This document shows positions 13,239-27,912 of a stretch of 64,000 bases of DNA, piece after piece. The stretch is from Octopus sinensis. Its lineage: Eukaryota. Numbering within the stretch: the first letter of the stretch is position 1; every line of letters begins with the position of its first letter. Under the pieces are notes generated by a model. That model was not told where the DNA came from and did not search any database. It saw nothing but the letters and a program-made list of their open reading frames with translations. The DNA is taken from NCBI RefSeq assembly GCF_006345805.1, contig NC_043021.1:4774001-4838000 (forward strand). The letters are read 5' to 3'. The position numbers and the translations under genes are program-made.

Positions 13239-16200
13239 GTGTGTGTATATGTTTGTGTGTCTGTGTTTGTTCCCCCAACATCACTTGACAATCGATGCTG
13301 GTGTGTTTACGTCCCCGTAACTTAGCGGTTCGGCAAAAGAGACTGATAGAATAAGTACTAGGCTTACAAAGAATAAGTCCTGGGGTCGATTTGCTCGACT
13401 AAAAGGTGGTGCTCCAGCATGGCCACAGTCATGTGACTGAAACAAGTAAGAGTATATATATATATAGATCAAAACAGTTTGATTCAAATTCATTGGTACT
13501 CTTGAGTTTCAAGTGTGATGCTAGTCATCAGCCATTTTGAATTTGAATGACAGAAGTTGATTGTTAATTCCATAAGATGGGTGCTGTGATAGGTCAAGGA
13601 AAGTCACGTGGTGTCATGGTTTGATATTGGTATGTGGGTAACAGTTAGTTGAAAAATACCACATGGCGTCACCAGAGATATTCCCTTCTGGAAAATTTCG
13701 GGCCTTTGACTGCCGACAACCCGGATATACCACCTTAGCACCAGCTGTTCCTTTGCACCAAGGTCACCACTACCAACCAACCAACCAACCCCAGGACCGC
13801 CATTTACCAATCCCCAATGTTTACTAATCCTCAACACATACCAACCCCTACCACTTAACTAATCCCCAGCGCTTGTTTTACGCATGTATACTTGCACATG
13901 CATGCATATGCGCATGTGCACACACACTGGTATGCATACTAATATACATGCATATCTATGAATGGATACGCATGTGTGTATGCAAGAAATTCCATCTGAC
14001 CCATGCAAATATGGAAATCATCATCATCATCATTATCATCATTGTTTAACGTCTGCTTTCCATGCTAGCACGGGTTGGACGGTTCGACCGGGGTCTGGGA
14101 AGCCAGGAGGCTGCGCCAGGCTCCAGTCTGATCTGGCAGTGTTTCTACAGCTGGATGCCCTTCCCAATGCCAACCACTCCGTGAGTGTAGTGGGGGCTTT
14201 TTACGTGCCACCGGAGGCTGGCAGCGGCCACGATCGGTTGAAAACACTTACTTGAGGTTTGGTGCATGGGATTGAACCTGAAACCATATGATGATGATGA
14301 AGGGATCTCCTTAACCACATGACCACCCATGCACATTTATGTTCTTCCTTTCCATCTCACTGTTACTCATTCTTTAATTTCATCTCTGTTCCAGGCAGTG
14401 ATGTTTCTCGAAGTATTCTCTGCTTTGCTAAAGGCCAAAAACTTGGTCCTCATGGTTTAGACTGGTTGAAGATTCACCTTGTTAATCTCACAGGTTTTCA
14501 GAAAAGGTAAGGCCATCATGGATTTGTCTATATTCAGTGTACATTCATTTGCTGTAGTGTTTTTAATCATATCTCTGCTGGATCAGAGCTGACTTTGAGC
14601 TAAACAATGGCAATATATGCAAACATATACACTTAGTAATATTCAAGTAATATTTTGATGGAGATGTACTTGCATAGCAAGTGACTTGATCTGAGATCGT
14701 GTGCTGGAACGAAAACAATATTTTAATGATTATCTGGAAATATTTTAGTAACAGTTTGTTAATATAGTAATATTCTGGTTAATCTCTAGTAACTGTATAT
14801 TTTGTTAATATTGTATTGATATTCCCTTTCTATTTCTTGTTTCTGTGTTAGAGCATCCAATAAAGAGAGACTCCAGTTTGCTAACGACCATTTGGAAGAT
14901 ATACTGGATTCTGGGGACAATCCAATGGAGGTAAATGACAACTTAAACACATAGACAACTGCGAGGTTATCATAATTTATATCTGTTTTCTATCCTGGAA
15001 TGAGTTCAGTGGTTTGACAGGGTCCAATGAGCTGCAGAGCTGCATCAGGCCCAATGTCAGCTTTGGTATTGTTTCTACAGCTGGATCCCTTCCCTGGCAC
15101 GTGTAAAAGATTCGAGCAAGGTCATTGCTAGTACTGCCTGACTGGCCCCCGTGCAGGTGGCACGTAAAAAGCACCCACTACACTCTCAGAGTGGTTGGCG
15201 TTAAGAAGGGCATCCAGCTGTAGAAACTCTGCCAGATCAAGACTGCCAGATCATCCCTCATTCCTTTTAATACCCTACAAAACAACAAATTAAATCTTAG
15301 CCTTAATGTAAATGAATGGAAAGACCATTGTTTGCTTTTATTTGTTTCTTTGTTTCTCTCTGTCAGGGATCAAAATGGTGGCAGGCATCAGACAACCCAT
15401 GGCAGACTCTGGCTTGTTGTAAGGAAATAGCCAAAGCTATTAGATCTCCTAACCCATCAGAATTTATTAGTCACTTACCGGTACATCAGGTATAGTATAC
15501 ACACTTTCTATACACCTTTCACAAACCTCTACAAATTTTTTTAATATCTACACACACACACACTTACATATAAGTGTGCAGAAACCATCCTAAAAAAGTT
15601 GTGGAAACCTATTAAGTAATATAAATACTGTCTTTGATGACACAATCTTCAGCTGTGTTTCCAGCTGAACACTTTTTAACCCATCTACACATCTTTTAAC
15701 CCATGCACATACATCCTACACTTTTTTTTCACTTTCTTAGTTTAGCCTCTTGGCTATTTATGTTGTTGAGGCAGATAGTTATTGTCTTTTGATAGAATAT
15801 TTTATGGCACTGAGCTATCAATGTAAAATGTGAGTGAAGAGGGACAATGTAAGAATGAAGAATGGAAATATATTGAAGTGGTCGGCGGCGAGCTGGCAGA
15901 AACGTTAGCACGCCGGGCGAAATGCGTAGCCGTATTTCATCTGCCGCTACATTCTGAGTTCAAATTCCGCCGAGGTCAACTTTGCCTTTCATCCTTTCGG
16001 GGCCGATAAATTAAGTACCAGTTTCGCACTGGGGTCGATGTAATAGACTTGATCCCTTTGTCTGTCTTTGTTTGTCCCCTCTATGTTTGGCCCCTTGTGG
16101 GTAGTAAAGAAATATATATTGAAGTGGTTCCAAATAATGAGAAAGTTAACAGGTATCAAAGAAAAGATGATAAAATATCTAGTTCTCGCCTCATTTAAGT

Positions 16201-19200
16201 AAAGCAGCAGAATACTGTAGTTAAACAAGTGATAGAGAGATCAGTGATAGAAAATGAAGATGTGGAGGGGCAATTTCATGGGAAAATTGAAGGGCTCAAC
16301 TGTACATATAGGCATTATGCTTCCAGAACATCGATCTCACAGGGATGAGCAGGTTTTCTCAAACACTAGTTGTCCTATCCTTTCACATCTCCACTATAAG
16401 ATTCGAACTTCTGAGATCTGCCTTCACCACTTTGTCCCATGTCTTCTTGGGTCTCCCTCTTCTTTATACAGCTGTTCTCATCCTTACACATCACAAGACT
16501 ATACCAGTGCAGTCTTCCCTCTTGCTCACAACATCTGATTCCTCTTATGCCCAATTCTTCTCTCAACACATTTACACTTTGTCATTCATGCACACTGACA
16601 TTGCACATCCATCAGATCATGCTCGCTTCATTTCTTTCAAGTATTTACATATCCTCTGCATTGAGGGCCCATGTCTCCCTACCATGTCGGTTTTCTGTCA
16701 GATTTTAGGATGAGTTATTCCAGTTGTTAACATAACTCTCTGTGATCGAATTTAGATGTGAGTGGCTGAGTTACAGGTAACATTTGACAGGCTTCCACAC
16801 AATTTCTATGCACCCACTTTCACTCATAAGGCTTAGGCCACCCAAGATGCCATGCCAGTGTGTGTGTGTGTGTGTTTACACAATAGCTGTGTTCATATAA
16901 AACTCTCCATCACTACACAACAGACATCACCAGGTGGTAAGCCACTGCATCATAGCCATTTCATCATCAGCAGCATTGTCCATGCTTGCATGGGTCAGAT
17001 GGAGTTAGTTGAGGTAGATTTTGTATGGCAGGATGCCCTTCCTGTCACTAATCCTCACCTGTTTCCAAGCAAGTCGACATTTCCCATGACTTGATTATGT
17101 TTTCCACAGAAGACTGGAAACACACAACATTGCTGGTATGATAGTGTAGTCATTTCTACAATCATCCCCAGTTGTTAACACAGGAGTACACATGCACACA
17201 AAGGGCTTCTTTCACTTTCTGTCTACCAAATCTACTCACAAGACTTCGCTTGACTTGGAGCTTTAATAGAAGACCCTTGGCCAAACTGCCATCCTATGGA
17301 ATTGAACTTGAGAACACATAGTCGAGAAGCCAGTGTCTTAACCACACCTCCCTGTCATCAATACAGTTAACCATTGACCTCCGCCTCTCTTTGCTTTATT
17401 TTCTTTAGGATGGATCCTGTAATGGTCTTCAACATTATGCTGCTCTTGGGCGTGACCAGGCTGGAGCTGAGTCAGTGAACCTCTGCCCATTCAACCATCC
17501 TAAAGATGTCTACAGTGATATTTGTGAGCTGGTAAGGATACAATAATAATATTGTTATTATTTTACCCCCACCTCCACTCCTACTCTTCCTTCTTATGTT
17601 GTTGCTCTACTGGTCTTAGGTTGAATCAGTAGAGTATTGGTCAAAATACCTTTAAGGCGGCGAGCTGGTAGAAACGTTAGCATGTCGGGCGAAATGCTTA
17701 GCGGTATTTCGTCTGCCGTTACGTTGTGAGTTCAAATTCCACCAAGGTTGACTTTGCCTTTCATCCTTTCGGGGTCGATAAATTAAGTACCAGTTACGCA
17801 CTGGAGTCGATGTAATCGACTTAATACCTATGTCTGTCCTTGTTTGTCCCCTCTATGTTTAGCCCCTTGTGGGTAATAAAGAAATAGGTATTTCGTCTGT
17901 CTTCATGTTCTGAGTTCAAATGCCGCCGGGGTCGACTTTGCCTTTCATCCTTTCGGGGTCGATAAATTAAGTACCAGTTAGTTATGCTCTGGGGGTCGAT
18001 GTAATCAACTTAATCCCTTTGTCCTTGTTTGTCCCCTCTATGTTTAGCCCCTTGTGGGTAATAAAGAAATAGGTATTTCGTCTGTCTTCATGTTCTGAGT
18101 TCAAATGCCGCCGGGGTCGACTTTGCCTTTCATCCTTTCGGGGTCGATAAATTAAGTACCAGTTACGCACTGGAGTCGATGTAATCGACTTAATACCTAT
18201 GTCTGTCCTTGTTTGTCCCCTCTATGTTTAGCCCCTTGTGGGTAATAAAGAAATAAGTATTTCTTCCAACTGTTTAGGTTCTGAGTTTTTTTTTTGCCTT
18301 TCATCTTTTTGGAGGTTGCTGAAGTTGTGTTTGTTTGTTTGTCCATGGACAAGATATCCCAAGAACCCCTGGATGAATTCAGGTGAAACTTTCAGGGATG
18401 TTTGGCCTTGTGACTAACACAGTCTCATTAGACTTTGGGATTGAACTGGTACCGGATTGAACAAGGGTTCTGGATTATTTTTCTAATTCTTTTTACTTTA
18501 CATATATATGTAAATTTTCACATAGTTCTCTTGTTATTATTTTTATTATTAGTTATAGTAGTACTAATATTATTGTTGTTCTTTTGTTTGTGTTCCACAG
18601 GTGGAGAAGGAGCGTCAGAAAGATGCTGAAAATGATATTGCGGTGGCCCAAAAGCTGGAAGGATTTGTGAAGAGGAAAGTAAGTTCTCCTCATTGCTGAA
18701 GTTGAGATAGAATGGCCAAGTGGGCAGAGGGGTTGGATGTTCAAGTCAACTAATATAATTCTATTGTTTCTGGGGGAAAATATTTTATCCTAATCCTACA
18801 TTACATCAGTTCATCTACCTGTGTGATACAGGTACCAACAGATCATTACAGACCTGGTGGTCTACACTGGAAGAAATTTTTTCTCGTTACAGTATCTTAT
18901 AGAGAGAAGATGTAATTCTTTATTACCTCAGGTCATTTAGCCATGAGAGTGAGGTAGAAGGTACACCAGATCATATATGGGAAAGTTATCTATGAGACGC
19001 TCGGTTCAAAGTCTCTCTTGACCAGAAATGGCCTGAACTCTTTGCGTGAACACCCTCCCTGTACATAACTCCATGTTCCCCTACATGGCCTTGCTTTTGC
19101 TTTTTGAGCCAAAAAATTAACTTGATGTCTTATTTATTTGGGATAGGCTTTTCATTTCTCATCACAATGTTTTGTAATGATGTACAAGAACTGCTCTGCC

Positions 19201-22200
19201 TTTTTACTTTTCGGTCTTTAAGAAGAATTGGTATCACTAGATCATCTGTGCTTTTTCTGGGAAGAAAAGTGTTTCTTGGCCACTTGATAGTAGGAACCCA
19301 GAATATTGATGCAGGTGTAGCTGTGTGGTAAGAAGCTGGGCGAAATGCTTTGCAGAATTTCATCTGCCGTTACGTTGTGAGTTCAAATTCCACCGAGGTC
19401 GACTTTGACTTTCATCCTTTCGGGGTCGATAAATTAGGTACCAGTTAGTTATGCTCTGGGGGTCGATGTAATCAACTTAATCCCTTTGTCCTTGTTTGTC
19501 CCCTTGTGGGCAATAAAGAAATAAGAAGCTTGCTTCGCAACCACATGGTTTTGTGTTCAGTCCCACTGCATGGCAACTTGGTCAAGTGTCTTCTACTATA
19601 GCCTTGGGCTGACCAAACCCTTGTGAGTGGATTTGGTGGACGCAAACTGGAAGAAGCTTAATGTGTGTGCAAGGGTATATGATTTTGAGTGTATTTGTCC
19701 CCCATCACCACTTCACAACTAGTGGTCAATAGTTATGCACGTACACACACAGTCTCACACACTTATGCACGTACATACAAATACACACAGTCTCACACAG
19801 TTATGCGAAACACACACACACACTCACTCAAACACAGTCTCATAGAGTTACACGCACGCACACACAGATACCCACAAGGGGCTAAACACAGAGAGGACAA
19901 ACAAGGACAGACAAACGGATTTAGTCAATTATATTGACCCCAGTGCGTAACTGGTACTTATTTAATCGACCCCAAAAGGATGAAAGGCAAAGTCGACCTC
20001 GGTGGAATTTGAACTCAGAACGTAGCGGCAGACAAAATACCGGTAAGCATTTCGCCCGGCGTGCTGACGATTCTGCCAGCTCGCCGCCTTACACACACAC
20101 ACACACACACATATACCAGCAGACAATCAGCATCATATTTTTCATTTATTTATTATTTATTGGAACGCTAAAATCTTTGTAGGGCTCTCATCATCATCAT
20201 CATCATCATCGTTTAACATCTGCTTTCCATGCTAGCATGTGTTGGTTGATTTGACGGAAGACTGGTGAACCAGATGGCTGCACCAGGCTCCAATCTGATC
20301 TGGCAGAAATACATTATACATTAAATATGTTATGAAATATATTACACAGGTTATCAAACAGACAATCATGACTACAGTGTATGGTGTGACCAAGTATGGT
20401 GCTAAACATCAGATCCTGAAACAACTGAAAGATCTGCCGTCATTCGACCAAGATTACCTGTGGGCTGCCTGTATATACCTTACAGATAAGACCTTCTACT
20501 GCCTTAATGAAATGTTCACAGCAGCCAGAGACATTCAGGTGAGAATTATTTGTATTATTATTACTGTAATCTTGGTCTCTCATCATTAGAGGTGTCGATG
20601 TTTATACAGGTGTTTATATATATAAGATCACTTCACGTGAAACAATTCATCATCATCATCATCATCGTTTAACGTCCGCTTTCCATGCTAGTATGGGCTG
20701 GATGGTTCAACTGGGGTCTGCGAAGCCAGAAGGCTGCGCCAGGCCCAGTCTGATCTGGCAGTGTTTCTACAGCTGGATGCCCTTCCTAACACCAACCACT
20801 CCGTGAGTGTAGTGGGTGCTTTTTACGTGCCACCTGCACAGGTGCCAGACGAAGCTGGCAAACGGCCATGATCGGATGGTGCTTTTTACATGCCAGATGA
20901 GGCTGGCAACGGCCACAATCGGATGGTGCTTTTTACGTGCCACCGGCAGGGAGGCCAGTCGGGGCAGCGATGGCAATGTCCACGCTCGGATAGCCTTATT
21001 AACCCATAAATACAGTATGTGTGTATATATTAAAATTAAGGATGAAATCTACATTAGATTTTATCAAGTAGTCAACATGTAATAACCAATTAAGGTAAAA
21101 AATTTATAGAATATATAATTTTATATCTACATTTATAAAACCATAATAAGGGCTGCAAAGCGATTCTCTGTGTTTAGCCCCTTGTGGGTAGTAAAGAAAT
21201 AGGTATGAAGGACTATTTAAACTTTTGAAGTTGTGAGTCATTTGTTTTATGTCATTATTGTATGTCTTCTTTCTTCTCTTCCAGATATGGCTGACACTGT
21301 GTGCCCACCAGATTTCTACAGTTTGTCAACAACCAGTCAACTGGACAACTCCTCTTGGATTGCCAGTTGTGCAGCCCTATCACAAAATTACTTCCATGCA
21401 GCGTTGGGGTGTCTCGCATAGCAATCTGTCTTCAACTTTTGAGTGAGGAACCTTTTTTTTTTTTAATGAAAAATTTATTTTACTTCATGTATCTTTACTT
21501 TGCCTTACTCTGTCTTATTGTGTTGAGTCACAAGTTTAACACTATCTTGATAACTTGTGCATACCTTCCTTCTTGTGACACTTGTGAAGACCTGTTGAGG
21601 CAAGTGATCAAATCAAAACAAATCAAAATAGATGAACATCAATGGAATTTGTATCTTTGTGGTACTAGTGCCGGTGGCACACAAGAAAACCATCCAAACG
21701 TGGCCGTAGCCAGTGCCACATCGACTGGCCTCCGTGCTGTGGGCACGTAACAAACACCATCCGATCGTGGCCGTTCGCCAGCCTCATCTGGCACCTGTGT
21801 CGGTGGCACATAAAAACACCATCCGAAGACCCGGCAATACTAGTCAGGCCATAACCCATGGCCCCTACCTGGGACGTAGTCAGTCCACCTGTGCATACCT
21901 TCCTTCTTGTGACACTTGTGAAGACCTGTTGAGGCAAGTGAAAATCAAATCAAATCAAAATAGATGAACATCAATGGAATTTGTATCTTTGTGGTACCAG
22001 TGCCGGTGGCACACAAGAAAACCATCCGAACGTGGCCGTAGCCAGTACCGCATCGACTGGCCTCCGTGCTGTGAGCACGTAACAAACACCATCCGATCGT
22101 GGCCATTCGCCAGCCTCATCTGGCACCTGTGTCGGTGGCACATAAAAAACACCATCCGAGTGTGGCCATCTGCCATCCTCGTCTGGCACCTGTGTCGGTG

Positions 22201-25200
22201 GCACATAAAAAACACCATCCGAGCGTGGCCGTTCGCCAGCCTCGTCTGGCACCTGTGTCGGTGGCACATAAAATCACCCACTACACTCTCGGAGTGGTTG
22301 GCGTTAGGAAGGGCATCCAGCTGTAGAAACACTGCCAGATCTGACTGGCCTGGTGCAGCCTTCGGGCTCCCCAGACCCCAGTTGAACCGTCCAACCCATG
22401 CTAGCATGGAAAGCGGACGTTAAATGATGATGGTGATGATGATGATGATGATTTTCTGTATTCATTAAATTACAAAAAAGCAGCCTAGCATTCTAAGTAG
22501 AAGCCATCATGTTGCCCTGTCTGAAGTTATAATTCTACTAGTTCTTTGATCCCACATTTCTACCAGTTCTTGTCCCTCAAGATGAAGAACTCCTTCACTG
22601 AACCTTCCACCTCCACTTGCTTAACCACTGCTGATGACACACGACAGAAGTGATTTGCATTTGTCTTCCCTCTGCCTATTCTACAGAAGTAATTAAATTT
22701 GATCCTGTTCTGTAGACTTCCATACTGTTATCATCTAATCTTTCTCAATAATTAATTTATCACGATATCCATTCAAGGGTGCATCCAAATACACACACAC
22801 ACACACACACACGTGTGTGTGTATGGCAGGATTCTTTCAGCTTCTGTTTATTAAATCCATCTACTAGGCTTTAGACAGCCTGCAGATTTTGTAAAAGAAA
22901 CTAAGGTTCGACTCAGTGGGACTGAACCCAAGACCACATGATTAGGAAGCAAATTTCATAACAACACAACCATGCTCGCCCCATTCTTTAGTCCTACTCT
23001 CTCTAATAACATAATATTATTATTCTTTTACTGTCCCTTCAGTGTAAATGTCTTTAAAAAGCACTCACTACACTCACGGAGTGGTTGGCATTAGGAAGGG
23101 CATCCAGCCGTAGAAACATTGCCAGATCAGACTGGGCCTGGTGCAGCCTTCTGGCTTCCCAGACCCCAGTTGAACCATCCAACCCATGCTAGCATGGAAA
23201 GCGGATGCTAAACGAAGATGATGATGATGATGATTTCAATAAATGACCACCTATTCAACTGACAAAACTCAAATCATATATCCATTGCATTTTAGATTTA
23301 CAGGCTCGTAACCAATTACACCATAAAAACCCTGTCATTCACTCTCAGACTTAATTTATACTTTTAGGCCCAACATTGATTCTGTTGCTTGTTTTTGTTA
23401 TCCCAAAATGCCTAATATCAATTCTTTGGTCTCTATTTTTCCAGAAAGCCAAACTCTGTGAAACAGAAGAATGCATTTCCTCCCAACTTCGTCCATTCTT
23501 TAGACTCTACCCACATGTTGCTGACAGCCCTGCACTGTATCAGGTTGGTAGGCACTATATCATTGATTGGTCTTATTGCATTGCTGTTTGATTGGTTAAT
23601 CAATATAGTTATACACCTTTCACTTCCAGTGTATTCTCTCATGTTGTGGTTTTAATAAGAAAACTCTTTTTTATATTTTTGCTGGCTTTGTGCCAAAATT
23701 TGAGGATAGAAACCAGGTCTAAACACAATAGCTTATAGACATACTCTGAATGAAGTTTTCTATAAATCTTTAATAATTTTTTTTATACATAAGACCATCA
23801 GAAATGTTAAGATATCAGCCTCTATGCAAGTTGTCTAGCTTTGATTGAAAGGTTACAGCATAGTTTAGATTACTTAGATAAGTTTCGGCCAAAGTTGACT
23901 CAAGCCATGTCTAATTGAATAGCACCACCTGGAAGAGATACATAGTCAGCTCTGGGGAACCGTAGCCCATTCAAGCAGAGGGTTGTTGTTTTCAGAGACA
24001 TATCAGGGTGTGGGTGGTTTATCTGGTATTTGTTGGGGGTAATCATCTAGGAATCGTTTAAATGGTGTGAAGTCACTTTCCTCCTTTATGTGTGTCTGGC
24101 ATGATGTTGAAGAGAGCAGGTCCAATTGAGGTGAAATAGTTCTGTCATAGTGTTGTGATACGACATGAACATTTCTGTTATGGACGGATGGCACAGGGGC
24201 CAAGCCTCGGACGAATTTTAAAGATGAGAAATGTTGATGGAATATTTTCCACATCACACAGATGATATAGACCTCACAGTGGCAGTGGAGGGAGCAAAGC
24301 CTGAGCTTTTTGAGTCGATCCCAATAGTCAAGGCTTGTCATGTCATCCTCCGCAGACTTTTGCCAAGCAGCTCATTTTAAGATAGATACGTGAGTAAAAT
24401 TACTAATAGAGAAACGAAAATAAACTTTGGAAGCAGCAATGCCACCATAGGTTACGTGGAAACAATGAACGTGTTTTCAAGGGAGATAATCGAAGAATGT
24501 AACCATGTAATACTTCATGTAAAGTAAATATAACAAATGAAAAATCGTTCAAGAATCCATAAAAATTCCAGGATCACTACCAAAATTTCGTCATCAGTTC
24601 CTTGTGTCATCATCAACTTTTCCTGCTAGTTTCATCAAATACCGTTCACAACTTTTTGAGTTATTTTGCACACAGATGGACAAATCAACACCGATGAAAA
24701 ACGTAACCTCCTTCCTTGGCGGAGGTGATAAAAGCTGTTTGATGGGTTTGAGTGGCAGAGGCTCTTTTGAAGCAAAGCCAGAGTTTAGTCTTTGACAGGC
24801 TGGGGCTGGTGCATGTTACTTGAATCCAAGCAGATGTATGCAGGATTCCAGCAGCACATTGATGAGCTCTGTGGAGGGCACAGTGAGTCAGAAATCATCA
24901 TCAACACTGTTCGACCGTGGTCGAAACAATGGAATTTACTATGTTACGCCAGACTTCACGGTCCATCATAGCATTACGGAGGTCCTGTTGCTGGATGCCT
25001 GTATCCCTGGAGATTACATGGGGGTGGATTACACCTCCTATCTTAGCAGCATGGCATGCCTTTTGGCGAAGGATGCAGGGTTCTGTGAAATGCTGATAAC
25101 AGCCAAAGATATTCAGGCCACAATGACTAACTGCACAAGAGAGAAGGCCTGTCCAAAATGTGCACTGGGTGAGGAAACTATTCTACGAGCACTTGTTCGG

Positions 25201-27860
25201 TGTGTAGGTATTGCTGACTTGTAGAGCTTTGTTGAGCAACTGTTGACGCATGTAGGATGGATCCGGTTATCAGCCAAGTCCATCATGTGGATTGTCCTGC
25301 AGCCTTCTTTTGACTGGGAAGGGAAAACAGTTTTCCTCTGTCTGGTGGCTCTGGCAAAAGTGGTAGTGTGGTGGATGAGGTTGAAAGGACTGAAGACAAA
25401 TTCTTTCCTCTTCAACCAAGCTCTCATCGACTTTTCCAAGTTCCACTTGAAGAGGAAAGTGAGTATAGAGGGGGAAAGTGCTACTCCCCAGTATTTTGGT
25501 GAAAGATGGGTAAACGTGGCAAGGTTAGCTCGTGAATGGGCCTACTCTGAACATGTGGTTTTAAGCCTGAAAAGTTAGTTAGTTAGTTAATTTTTTGGCT
25601 CAAAAAGCAAAAAGCAAGGCCATGTAGGGGGACATGGAGTTATGTACAGGGTGGTGTTCATGTAAAGAGTTCAGGCCACTTGTGGTCAAGGGAGACTTTG
25701 AACCGAGTGGTCAGGAGGAGTGAGGTGCCCTTAGTAGTTGGTGTGTCCAGGATGTGGTGGTGAGAGGTCCTTGGCTGGCCCTGGGGGGGAGAGTTTTATT
25801 GTTAAATTTTTGTTAAATTTTTGTTGTTAATTGTTATTTTACTTTATATGTGAATATTGTGCTGAGCCCCATTTGTCCTTTTTTGTTTTGTGTTTGGCCC
25901 CTATGACCAATAAAGAAAAGATTATTATTGTATTATTATCATTTATTTATTTTGTTTTCAGGTCAGGAATAACATATGTATCTGTTCATGATTGTTTTTG
26001 GACTCATGCATCAAGTGTTGAAATAATGAATCAGGTAAAGTAACTGTGTTTCTGTATGTGCCACTTTGACACTTATTAATTTATTTACTAAACTGATAAT
26101 TACAATAATACACATACATTTAACATATTATTCTTTACATATAAGATATAAAATATAGTAATGTATAAGGATACCAGTAATTACACAAGTACCTCGTTTT
26201 CATCTACCTATTACTTCAGTCCACTTGAGTAATAAAGGTAGGATGAGGTATTTTTATCTATTGGCTGAAACAGCTGTAAGTTATTTTCCCAATTTATATT
26301 CATGTTTGTTATTTTATAATAATTACTGGTATATATATATATATGTGACCACGTGTGTACCGTTGGCGATTCTTTTTCCTCCGTCTTCCCTTCTCCTATG
26401 TTTCCGACGAAGAGCTCCGCTCGAAACGTTAAACCCTCCTTCTTTCCTGAGCATCCAATAATACTATATTTGTTCCATGTCCTCGCGTTGTTGTGTTTTT
26501 TTTGTGCTTTCTTGTTTGGATTAACTTTATATATATATATATATATTTGTGTATGTGTAGATATGCCGTGAACAGTTTGTAGCACTGCACAATGAACCAA
26601 TTCTAGAAGACCTCTCAAAACATCTCATTGACACCTACTGTTCCAATGTAAGGTAAGTGCAGATATTTATTACGTTTTAAATTATACCTGGAAATATTCT
26701 GCACATATAAACTCATTTAAGTATGAGGAGCATAGCAAATCTGTCTCCTTGGCCAACCACATGCACCCTCTAATAAATAGGGCACTCTTGTGTAAGTATG
26801 CATGATATATAAAAAGCATTGTGGTGAAATAGATAGTTTATGGACTGCTAGAAACAGGAGCCAATATACCACAACTTCACCACTGCCATTCCATTTTCAG
26901 AAAATAAGTGCACAGTTATCTGCAGAATAGTCATATTAATTGAAATGACATAAAAAACCTGTATGAATTGTTAATAGTTCTTATGTTCTGGGTTCAAATC
27001 TTTCTGAGGTTAAGATTGACATGTCCCTAATATCAATTTTATCTTCTTACAGGAAACAACAGATCCGTCAAGAAGACTTTAATCATCTGCTTTCCATTTT
27101 CAGTAACGTCCCTCACAAAGGTCAGTAGGATTTCGTTGTTTTTATTATTTGTAGTTCTTGCTTTGAATTCATCATCATCATCATTCATCGTTTAGCGTCC
27201 GCTTTCCATGCTGGCATGGGTTGGATGGTTCAACTGGGGTCTAGGAAGCCAGAAGGCTGCACCAGGCCCAGTCTGATCTGGCAGTGTTTCTACAGCCGGA
27301 TGCCCTTCCTACGCCAACCACCCCATGAGTGTAGTGGGTGTTTTTTACGTGCCACCAGCACAGGTGCCAGACGAGGCTGGCAAACGGCCATGATCGGATG
27401 GTGCTTTTTAGAATAAAAATGCCTTGCAGTATTTATTTTGGTTTCTACTTTCTCAGTTCAAATTAACCCATGGTCAAATTTACCTTTTCGTCCTTTCAAG
27501 GTCAGTAAAATGAAGTACCAGTCAAATAATGGGGGTCAATGTAATCGACTAGCCACATCCCTTTGTGCCTAGATTATAAATTATTAAAGGGCAGACAGAA
27601 TTTCTTGTGGTAGTTGTTCTAGTTCTTTACATTCTGAGTTCAGGTCCCACTGAGGTCAGCTTTGCTTTTCACCCTTCCAGGGTCAATAAAATAAAGTACC
27701 ACTGGGAACTGGGTGGAGAGTTCAAATTTATAAACTTTACCTCTCCCCCAAGTTTTGCCCTTGGATCTATGGAGCAAAATATTTTTTAGTATTTTGTTAC
27801 TTTTCTTTGCATTCTAAGATCAACTTTGCCCTTTCATCTCTTCATATATATCTGCATGTT

Positions 27861-27912
<52 letters not shown>

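Noticed and set aside
21665-22423. Repetitive ORFs ([14 protein letters not shown]...) that look like Cys/His repeat proteins
   Set aside because: Translations of the tandem hairpin units of the RTE 3' UTR; the same peptides recur at every family C copy.
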